A stretch of 43,004 bases of DNA from a virus: the UHGV virus genome UHGV-0081096. One strand, written 5' to 3'. Positions 34,656-43,004 of the stretch are shown piece by piece. The notes under the pieces were generated by a model. The model did not search any database. It was given only the letters and a program-made list of their open reading frames with translations, and had not been told where the DNA came from. Every line of letters begins with the position of its first letter. Position 1 is the stretch's first letter. The position numbers were made by a program, and so were the translations under genes.

Positions 34656-37600
34656 ATGGCAGAAAGTTTTAGCGTTGAGGCTATATTGTCGGCAACTGAT
34701 AAGAATATGTCCTCAACAATGAAAAAAGCTTTAGGATCGTGTCAGTCGTTTGGCGATAGGGTTAAATCTATTGTGGCTGGTGTTGGAATCACTAAAGTTA
34801 TAGGAACGTCTATGAACGTTCTAAGTTCATCTCTTGATGGAGCTATAGACAGATTTGATACCATGCAATCCTATCCAAAAGTTATGAAGTCTTTGGGATT
34901 TGCATCTGAACAATCTCAAAAGAGTGTCGCAAAGTTAAATCAGTCGGTTCAAGGCTTACCAACAAGCTTGACGGATGTAGTAACAACGTCTAAGTCGTTA
35001 GCATCAGTTACAGGTAACATTGACAAGGCAACCGATACAACAATCGCATTGAACCATGCATTTTTAGCGAGTGGTTCAAGTTCTGCAGATGCATCACGTG
35101 GCTTACAACAGTATTCACAGATGCTTGCTAAAGGTACAGTAGATATGCAATCATGGAGAACATTACAGGAAACAATGGCACCTGCATTGACAAAGGTTGC
35201 AAAAAAACTAGGTATTGCGAGTGGAAATACAAATGAATTGTATGAAGCATTGCAGAACGGAACTATTTCATTTGACCAGTTAAACGATGCAATGATTGAG
35301 TGTGATACTGAAACAGGAGGCTTTGCAGAAACTGCATTAGAAGCTTCTAAAGGTGTTAAAACATCCATGACTAACATCAAGAGTGCGGTACAGAACCTTG
35401 AACAAGGCTTTATGTCGGCTATGAACAATATGATGAAGTCGAAAGCTATGGGTGGATTGGTTGATAATCTAGAAAAGATTAAATCTAAAATCTACGATTT
35501 CAGAAATTCAATTATGGAGACTAAAGACGATGGTTTGACATGGGATTTTAAACCAGGAGTCATGGAGAATGTATCAAAAGCTATGGATTGGTTAGCAGAC
35601 AGAGCGAACAATGCAAAAGCTATGATCCAACAATTCTATGATGGCTTTATGAAAACGGATGCCGTACAGAATGCAATCACAATGTTCGATAAAATCAAAG
35701 ATGCTATTGGTAATGTAATGGATAAGTTACAAGACAGTAAAGTCTTTGAACAGTTAGGACAAGATATTGGAAATATCATTGCAAAAGTAGAAGATGTAAC
35801 TGGTAAAATTGCAGACTTTGTAGCAAATCTTAAAACAGAAGATGTTAAGAAATTTGCGAGTGCAGTTAAATTGTTAGCAGGTGCATTTGTTGGCATTAAA
35901 GTTGGTAGCAAAGTATCTAGTATGATTGGTGGAGTTGTTGGCTCTGCAAAGAGTGGATATTCTAAACTAAAATCAATCATTGATAAAATCAAAGGTTTAG
36001 GAAAAGAACCGACTCAAGAAATACCTGGGAAATTACCACAAAATGAGACTCCTAGTGATGGAATCGGTGATGCAACGATGCGTACTGCACAAAAAACATC
36101 CAAAGCAGCTCAGATTATTAATTCTGCATTTGAAGGGATTTCAAATGTTATTTCTTCTGTGTGTGAAGGAGCAAAAGGAATTATTACCAGTCTAGGAGAT
36201 GCAGTTAGTAATGTATTCGAAGGAATTGGAAATGGAATTAAATCCGCATTAGAAGGAGTCGGTACTGTTATTGAATCATTTGGTACTGCAATCAGTACAG
36301 TAGCGCAAGGAATCGGTCAGGGTTTAGCAACTGCGTTTACAGGCTTAGGAACCGCAATTGCATTAGTACCACCTACTACATGGCTTGCGTTGGCAGCGGC
36401 TATTCTAGCAACTGGTGCTGCAATGGCATTAGTCGGTTCACAAGGTGAAGGCTTGCAAATGGTTCTCGAAGGTGTTGCAGATGTTGTCTCTGCATGTGGC
36501 CCAGTCATCAAAGATGTATTTGAAGGTATCAGCGATGTAATTACATCTTTTGGAGAAACAGTAAGTGGAATCTTAAATTCAGTATCTGGAGTGATTAAAT
36601 CTATTGGACAGTCTGCATTAAATGCAGGTAAAGGTTTCAAACAACTAGCAAATGGAATCAAGATTATTACGAGCCTTAACTTAATTGATATGGGAGCTAG
36701 TCTAGGAGCGGTAGCAGTAGGAATTGGAGCTATTGCAACTGCATCAAGTGGTTTAGGCGATATTGGTGCTCAGATGATGGCATTAGCAACCGCATTAACA
36801 ATGATCGTATCAACTCAAGCAGGAATTGAATCATTATCGGCAACAATTCCATCATTATCAGATGCCTTAAGCTCATTAAGCGGAATTTCAGAACCATTAA
36901 CAGTTGCAAGTGGAGCAATGACTGCATTTGCAGGAGCTATTGCACCTATTGCAAGCGAGGTAATGGCTACCGCAACAAGTATTGCGATGTTGGTTACAGT
37001 AGCATCAACAATTAGTAGTGCATTTACAAGTGCATCTAGTGCATCAGTAACGTCTATTAACGCGATTGTTACTGCAATGACAAATGCAGAAGCAAAAGCT
37101 ACTACTTTGGGAACTGCAATGGGAACTAACTTTACTAAAGGGTTAGGTAGTGGTCTTAAAACAGGTGTATCCATTGCAAAAAGTTCATGCCAATCAATTC
37201 TATCTGCATTCAATTCATGCCAATCACGAGCATATTATTGTGGCCGTATGATTGGTCAAGGTTTAGCAAATGGATTAAGAGCAAGCGAAGGTCAAGTAAG
37301 ATCTGCGGCCGCTAGTTTAGCATCTGCTGCGGATGCAGCAATTCAGGCTAAAGCTAAGATTGGATCTCCATCAAAGGTTACTAGAAAAGATGGTATGTGG
37401 ATTGGTAAGGGTTTAGTTATAGGCCTTGAATCAATGTATTCTGACGTAAAAAGAGCTTCAGAGGACTTATTATATCTCCCAATGTTAGATGCTCCTAAAA
37501 TGGCTTTTGGAGGGATTGTAAGTGATATGAATCCTGATTACGAATACACAAACAATGCTCAATTGACGATTGAAACTCCACTTTATATCAATGATCGTGA

Positions 37601-37685
37601 ATTTGCACGTGCAACATATAGAGCGAATCAGAATGAGTTTGATAGACACTCTAAATTCAACGAAAGATTGCGAGGTAACAAGTAA
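34656..37685 (+). CDS. tape measure protein
   Basis: 1009 aa, Ala/Gly/Ser-rich helical repeats, IGSPSKV motif. Confidence 0.93.
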   Translation: MAESFSVEAILSATDKNMSSTMKKALGSCQSFGDRVKSIVAGVGITKVIGTSMNVLSSSLDGAIDRFDTMQSYPKVMKSLGFASEQSQKSVAKLNQSVQGLPTSLTDVVTTSKSLASVTGNIDKATDTTIALNHAFLASGSSSADASRGLQQYSQMLAKGTVDMQSWRTLQETMAPALTKVAKKLGIASGNTNELYEALQNGTISFDQLNDAMIECDTETGGFAETALEASKGVKTSMTNIKSAVQNLEQGFMSAMNNMMKSKAMGGLVDNLEKIKSKIYDFRNSIMETKDDGLTWDFKPGVMENVSKAMDWLADRANNAKAMIQQFYDGFMKTDAVQNAITMFDKIKDAIGNVMDKLQDSKVFEQLGQDIGNIIAKVEDVTGKIADFVANLKTEDVKKFASAVKLLAGAFVGIKVGSKVSSMIGGVVGSAKSGYSKLKSIIDKIKGLGKEPTQEIPGKLPQNETPSDGIGDATMRTAQKTSKAAQIINSAFEGISNVISSVCEGAKGIITSLGDAVSNVFEGIGNGIKSALEGVGTVIESFGTAISTVAQGIGQGLATAFTGLGTAIALVPPTTWLALAAAILATGAAMALVGSQGEGLQMVLEGVADVVSACGPVIKDVFEGISDVITSFGETVSGILNSVSGVIKSIGQSALNAGKGFKQLANGIKIITSLNLIDMGASLGAVAVGIGAIATASSGLGDIGAQMMALATALTMIVSTQAGIESLSATIPSLSDALSSLSGISEPLTVASGAMTAFAGAIAPIASEVMATATSIAMLVTVASTISSAFTSASSASVTSINAIVTAMTNAEAKATTLGTAMGTNFTKGLGSGLKTGVSIAKSSCQSILSAFNSCQSRAYYCGRMIGQGLANGLRASEGQVRSAAASLASAADAAIQAKAKIGSPSKVTRKDGMWIGKGLVIGLESMYSDVKRASEDLLYLPMLDAPKMAFGGIVSDMNPDYEYTNNAQLTIETPLYINDREFARATYRANQNEFDRHSKFNERLRGNK

Positions 37686-39211
37686 TGTATGCATTCGTAA
37701 ATACAGTGAACAGTGGCATTGTCGGTACTGATCTACCGACAGAAGCCATGTCATACAATGGTGTATATTTAGAAAATGAAATTGATGGTTATCGAACACT
37801 TTCTGTAACAGGTCGTGAGTTAATGGAATCAGAAGTTACGGATCAAGAAATTGATGGAATGGATGGCTCTTATTACAGATATAAAACTACACCTGCAAGA
37901 ACGATTACTGTTAAATATCAATTGAGAGCTAGAGGAAGCAGAGAATTTCGTGATGCCTTCAATAAGATGAATAAATTGTTGAGTGGTGAACAAGTTAAGG
38001 TCATCTTCAATGATGAAAGCGATAAGTATTTCATTGGAACAAAGACTTCAAATACACAGGTTGATGGCGGAAGCAACAACGTTATAGGTGAAATCGAAAT
38101 CTATTGCTCAGATCCACGCAAATATTCGACAACAGAAAAAGAGTTCGTTGCTACTGACGGTGTTCTAAATATTGTAAATGAAGGTACTGTACCAGTTAGT
38201 ATTGATTATGATGTTCAGACAACATCTGAAACAGGATATATTGGTTTGGTATCTGAAGAAGGAATTATGCAGTATGGCAAAATTGAAGAATTGGATGGCG
38301 AGACGTACAAACAAAGTGAATGGTTAGCATCTATTGATGATTTTTATAAATGTTCAGATGATATTGGCGGTACTGATGTAATGCATCCAAGTTATGGAAC
38401 AAATGGAACGCTAGCCGAACACACTTGGTTTGATAAAAAGTTTATTGGATTAGGTTCGGTTGGAACAAAAAAAGGAAATGCAAACGGTGGATTAAGAACA
38501 TTGGTATTACCTGCAGATTCAAGCGGAGATACTAGCGGTGCTAAAAACTTTTATTGTTGGTTTCATTTATGTTTTTATGCGGGTCTTATGGGCCAAACCG
38601 GTGAAATGTGTATCAACTTCTTGACCGAAGACGATAAATTGATTTGTGGTTGTAATTGGTACAAGACAGATGCAATTGGTAATACAGGTCATTATGAAAT
38701 ATGGGCAAATGGTAAAATATTGAAAAATTGGGAGTTTACAACATCTCATTTACAAGCTCAAAACCCTTTTTACTATAAATGGGGTAGTTGTGATGTTTTA
38801 AAAGAAGGTGCAAATATTCGATTCTTCTTTTGGGCGAGATACTACAACTTCTACATCCCAGAGATTGAAAACATGAAGTGTGCAAAGATTCAAATTGCTT
38901 TCAAACAATGGGGAGATAGAAGTGGTAACAAAGTGATGTCAATGATGGGATTTGATGTCATTGATTTTGAAAAAATGAATGTTGAGAAATGGAAGGACAT
39001 CCCTAATAGGTATCCTACTGGAACAAATATCACAATTGATGGAAAATCATCTCATGTTTATGTGAATGGCATGGTTAGACCAGAGGACGAAGTGTTAGGT
39101 ACTCAATACTTTAAAGCACCAGTTGGAACATCTGAAATTAAGGTAACGTGTTCAGAATGGGCTAAATCTCAACCAACAGTTAAAGCTAAGATAAGGGAGG
39201 CATGGTTATAA
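37685..39211 (+). CDS. distal tail protein (Dit) with internal insertion
   Basis: YRTLSVTGRE, IFNDE, C.DP.KYS; 508 aa. Confidence 0.8.
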   Translation: MYAFVNTVNSGIVGTDLPTEAMSYNGVYLENEIDGYRTLSVTGRELMESEVTDQEIDGMDGSYYRYKTTPARTITVKYQLRARGSREFRDAFNKMNKLLSGEQVKVIFNDESDKYFIGTKTSNTQVDGGSNNVIGEIEIYCSDPRKYSTTEKEFVATDGVLNIVNEGTVPVSIDYDVQTTSETGYIGLVSEEGIMQYGKIEELDGETYKQSEWLASIDDFYKCSDDIGGTDVMHPSYGTNGTLAEHTWFDKKFIGLGSVGTKKGNANGGLRTLVLPADSSGDTSGAKNFYCWFHLCFYAGLMGQTGEMCINFLTEDDKLICGCNWYKTDAIGNTGHYEIWANGKILKNWEFTTSHLQAQNPFYYKWGSCDVLKEGANIRFFFWARYYNFYIPEIENMKCAKIQIAFKQWGDRSGNKVMSMMGFDVIDFEKMNVEKWKDIPNRYPTGTNITIDGKSSHVYVNGMVRPEDEVLGTQYFKAPVGTSEIKVTCSEWAKSQPTVKAKIREAWL

Positions 39212-42200
39212 TGGAACAAATTAGAATCGCGGTATTAAGTCCTTATAACAAGGTATTAACATTCCTTGATAACACTGTGCCTAGTGCTATGCATTATTTT
39301 GATGAAATCTTGCATACTTATTTAAAAGGCTCATCTTACACATTTGAATTTACTACAATGACTGCACATGATGATGCAGTCTTTTTAGTTGAAGGTAATA
39401 AGCTAAGTTTTAAACGCAAAGACAAAGGCTATCATTTGACAATCATGTCAGTAGAAAAAGGTGGTGACACAACATCTGTTACCGCCTATGGCCTTTGCTT
39501 AGAATTAACGAATGAATATGTGGATGCATATAAAGCGCCTAGAGCAATGTCATTTGTTGAGTATATTAATGCGTATGGATTTGAACGTTCTTTCGTTATT
39601 GGTACAAACGAAGTATCAAATAAGAAGATTACACACGAATGGACAGGTACAGATACCGTATTAGCTCGATTGTATTCAATCGCAAATGTATTCGATGCAG
39701 AATTAGAGTTCGTAACTCAATTAAATGATGATTACTCATTGAAGAATGTTGTACTGAATATTTATCGTGCTCATTCAGATAGTGTTCAAGGGATGGGAAC
39801 AGATAAACGCAGTACGATCTTGAGATACCCAAACAACATTTACGGAATCACTAAAACAAGTGATATTACTGAATTGTATACCGCAATTCGTCCAACAGGA
39901 ACAAATGGATTACAATTGAACTCAATCAGTGGCCGAACTGTTAAGGATTCGAATGGAAATGTTTTGTATAAAGTTCAAGGTAACAATATACTAGCCCCTC
40001 AATCTAGAGACAGATTCCCTTCAACGCTAATCACAAATCATTCAAATGATATGTACGCAGTGCAGATGTGGTCTTATGAAACTGAAAATGTTGAAACCTT
40101 GTATGGTCAAGCGCTAGCACAATTGAAAAAGAACTGTGTCCCTAAAGTTACATACGATGTTGACGCATATATTGATGGTGATATTGGTGATACATTCACG
40201 ATTGAAGATGCAGAGTATTCACCTACTTTATATTTAGAAGCACGAATCACAGAACAAGAGATTTGTTTTACTGATTCAGAAAAGTGCAAGACGATATTTG
40301 ATAACTTTGAAGAAAAACAATCGCAGATTAGTTCGGCTCTTATTTCAGAAATGAACAAGATGATTGAATTGAAAAAGGTTTATGAAGGCTCAATTGTATC
40401 TTCAAATGGAGTTCTGTTTAAGAATGATTCGGATAGCACTAAATTGACCGCATTAGTCAAGGATGATGGTGTTGATATTACATCTAAGTATTCAATCACA
40501 TGGTTCAAGGATGATGTACAAATATCAACAAACCAAACAATCACAGTCAGTGCCTCAGACATATCAGAAAAGGCCGTGTATCGTTTTAAAGCTATGAGTG
40601 GTGAAATACTTAAAGCAAGCGCAGAAGTCACTGTAATGCGATTACAGGACGGTCAGAATGGAACAAGTGCTTATGTGCATATTGCCTATGCCAACAGTTC
40701 AGATGGCCGTGTTGATTTTAGCTTGACGGATTCAAATCGTAAGTTTATTGGTCAGTATTCAGATTCAAAACAGTATGGTTCTGAAGACCCAACTAAGTAC
40801 AGATGGAGTGCAATCAAGGGTGAAGATGGTCAAAGTTTCGTGAGTGCCGAGGAACAATTCTATTATTCTACATCAAAGACTGAATTAATCGGTGGTGAGT
40901 GGTTTGTTGGTAATGTGGTTTATCAAAGTGATAAATTTCTTTGGAAAAGATGGAAATGCACGTATGCTAATCCAAGTGAAATCAAGTATACCAAAGCTAT
41001 TTTTGACAACACTTGGAATGAAATTGATGCAAAGATAGGCGAGATTCATACACAAGTATCAGAAGCTAACAATCAATCGAAAGAAGCAGTCAATAAAGCA
41101 ACACAAGCTCAGACAGATGCAAGTAAAGCGAATGAATTAGCTAATACCGCTAACACTCAATCGAGTGAAGCGAAAAAGTTAGCACAAGAAGCAAATACTA
41201 GTACTGGTAATGCTCAGAAACAGATTGATGCAATTAAAGGTGATATTACTGATTCAAAAAAACAAATTCAAGATGCGGTTGATAAAGCCAATGCAAATGC
41301 GACTGAAATCAATTCAGTAAAAGAAACGTATGCTACAAAAGTTGATTTGACTAATGAATCAAAAACGATTCATGCAGATGTAAGTACTGAGATTGAAAAG
41401 AAGGTCGGTGAGTTGTCGACTACAGTTTCACAAACTTATGCTTCTAAGAGTGCATTGACTCAGATTGAAGGTTCTTTGAATACAAAGATTAAACAAAATG
41501 CCGATTCAATCACTACTCAAGCAAGCTCGATTGAAAAGCTGCAGTCTGATACAACTCAAGCTCAGAAAGATATTACTGATGCAACAAAGAAAGCAACAGA
41601 TGCTCAAGCTCAAGCGGATAAAGCTTTAGGCAACGCTCAGAATGCTCAAACTTTAGCGGATGAAGCTAAAAAGAAAGCAGACAGTGCTCAGACTAATCTA
41701 GACAACGCCAACAAAGAGTTGGCAGATGCTAAAGCTAATCTAGAAACAGTAACCGGTAGAGTTGATGCAAGTGAAACAGAAATAACAAATGCTAAGACTC
41801 GTTTAACTGATGCAGAAACTGCAGTAAAGAAAGCTCAGACAGATGCGACTACTGCTCAATCCAATGCACAGACTGCAATCAATAACGCTAAAACTGCACA
41901 ATCAACTGCAGATACGGCTAAAGCTAATGCAGATAAAGCTCAGAAAGACCTTGCAGAACTAACAAACAAAGTTACTTCAAACACAACTAAAATTGAACAA
42001 AATGCAAAGCAGATTACTATACAGGCAAGTTCAATTACTGAAGTTGGCGATAAAGTTGATGGTGTAAAGGAGGATCTTGCTAACAACTATTATTCTAAAA
42101 CTGAAACTGATGCTCAGATTAAAGTAGCGACTGATGGAATTAAGCTTAGTGTATCTGAATCTTACATCACAAAAGCTGAAGGAAAAGATATTACTAATGC

Positions 42201-42612
42201 TGCTAACAATGCATTAACTAATTCGACACAAGCAAAAAAAGATGCAGAGAGTGCATTAACAAAAGCTCAAGATATTGTAGATAAAGTTAATAGTGGTGAA
42301 CTTGATGGTGAAGATGCGGTAATGCTTTACATTGATTCGAGTAATGGAACAACATTTAAGAATAGTGACGTAGCAACTATTTTTACTGTAAGCATTTATG
42401 TTGGCGGAATAGCAATTACAGATTCTGTAAAACTTAAAGAAGTATTTGGGCAAGGTGCATATTTACAATGGTTAATCAAGCGTTATGGAGAAACAGAATA
42501 TACTAAAATTCCATTAGATGATTCAAGATTAAACGATAATGGATTCATGTTCACGCTTAACGCAAAAGACATAAAATTTAAAGCAGTATTTAACTGTGAA
42601 TTAAATATTTAG
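39211..42612 (+). CDS. tail-associated (Tal/tail spike) protein with long coiled coil
   Basis: follows Dit; YVHIAYANS.DG motif; A/Q/T/K-rich heptads ~41000-42300. Confidence 0.8.
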   Translation: MEQIRIAVLSPYNKVLTFLDNTVPSAMHYFDEILHTYLKGSSYTFEFTTMTAHDDAVFLVEGNKLSFKRKDKGYHLTIMSVEKGGDTTSVTAYGLCLELTNEYVDAYKAPRAMSFVEYINAYGFERSFVIGTNEVSNKKITHEWTGTDTVLARLYSIANVFDAELEFVTQLNDDYSLKNVVLNIYRAHSDSVQGMGTDKRSTILRYPNNIYGITKTSDITELYTAIRPTGTNGLQLNSISGRTVKDSNGNVLYKVQGNNILAPQSRDRFPSTLITNHSNDMYAVQMWSYETENVETLYGQALAQLKKNCVPKVTYDVDAYIDGDIGDTFTIEDAEYSPTLYLEARITEQEICFTDSEKCKTIFDNFEEKQSQISSALISEMNKMIELKKVYEGSIVSSNGVLFKNDSDSTKLTALVKDDGVDITSKYSITWFKDDVQISTNQTITVSASDISEKAVYRFKAMSGEILKASAEVTVMRLQDGQNGTSAYVHIAYANSSDGRVDFSLTDSNRKFIGQYSDSKQYGSEDPTKYRWSAIKGEDGQSFVSAEEQFYYSTSKTELIGGEWFVGNVVYQSDKFLWKRWKCTYANPSEIKYTKAIFDNTWNEIDAKIGEIHTQVSEANNQSKEAVNKATQAQTDASKANELANTANTQSSEAKKLAQEANTSTGNAQKQIDAIKGDITDSKKQIQDAVDKANANATEINSVKETYATKVDLTNESKTIHADVSTEIEKKVGELSTTVSQTYASKSALTQIEGSLNTKIKQNADSITTQASSIEKLQSDTTQAQKDITDATKKATDAQAQADKALGNAQNAQTLADEAKKKADSAQTNLDNANKELADAKANLETVTGRVDASETEITNAKTRLTDAETAVKKAQTDATTAQSNAQTAINNAKTAQSTADTAKANADKAQKDLAELTNKVTSNTTKIEQNAKQITIQASSITEVGDKVDGVKEDLANNYYSKTETDAQIKVATDGIKLSVSESYITKAEGKDITNAANNALTNSTQAKKDAESALTKAQDIVDKVNSGELDGEDAVMLYIDSSNGTTFKNSDVATIFTVSIYVGGIAITDSVKLKEVFGQGAYLQWLIKRYGETEYTKIPLDDSRLNDNGFMFTLNAKDIKFKAVFNCELNI

Positions 42613-42624
42613 GAGGATTTCAAA

Positions 42625-43004
42625 ATGGCAATAAAAGCAGTCAATCAGATTGACGTAATCGACTTAACGGATGGATATTCCGTTGTTTTAACAAATGATA
42701 ACTATACATTCTTAGGCACTACTAGTGCTGTAAACGGTACACAGACAACTACTACACAGGTGATGGCATTATGTGGTAGTGAACAGGTTCCATGTACGGT
42801 AGGAACTATTACATGCCCTACAGGAATTTCAGCAGTTTCTGATGGTAAGACACCAATGCCAACGATCACTATCACTGCAACATCTGCATTAACTAAGAGT
42901 GGTACTATCACTATTCCTATCGTTGTCGATGGTGGCATCACTATTAATAAGACTTTTAGTTACTCAATTGCATTTAAGGGGCAGACAGGGCAGAATGGTA
43001 CAAG
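42625..43004 (+). CDS. 5' part of the minor tail protein continuing at position 1
   Basis: AGGAGG RBS; MAIKAVNQIDVIDLTDGYSVVLTND..., open to the window end. Confidence 0.85.
   Translation, partial: MAIKAVNQIDVIDLTDGYSVVLTNDNYTFLGTTSAVNGTQTTTTQVMALCGSEQVPCTVGTITCPTGISAVSDGKTPMPTITITATSALTKSGTITIPIVVDGGITINKTFSYSIAFKGQTGQNGT

Noticed and set aside
30732..37213. Long minus-strand ORFs opposite capsid and tape measure genes
   Set aside because: Antisense shadows of biased codon usage; no RBS or recognisable motifs.
41000..42300. Repetitive GCTCAGA/GATGC tracts as a CRISPR or DNA repeat array
   Set aside because: They are coding coiled-coil heptads in Tal, with no constant repeat-spacer structure. 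No CRISPR array or cas gene is seen in the window.

Overview
This window appears to be the complete, circularly permuted ~43 kb genome of a temperate siphovirus of a low-GC Bacillota host. The host is inferred from gene families and AGGAGG-type RBSs and is not confirmed. The two ends join in frame inside one tail gene (42625..43004 + 1..460). Module order is tail fibre, lysis, attP/integrase, cI/cro switch, recombination/replication, early accessory genes, late activator, packaging, head, tail. Main highlight: a four-cassette tail-fibre shufflon, in which one expressed and three silent C-terminal receptor-tip cassettes each start at a 7-bp GTATGTC core with dyad arms, next to a dedicated tyrosine recombinase. 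Also notable: an ORF-less group IA intron splitting the large terminase; a tRNA-like RNA with an elongated anticodon arm; a cluster of candidate structured small RNAs after the lysin; an integrase that seems 5'-truncated at the putative attP; a MuF protein with toxin-like extension plus candidate immunity gene; and a Prp protease with cleavage motifs on three structural proteins. All product calls come from visual motif recognition and synteny, not database searches.
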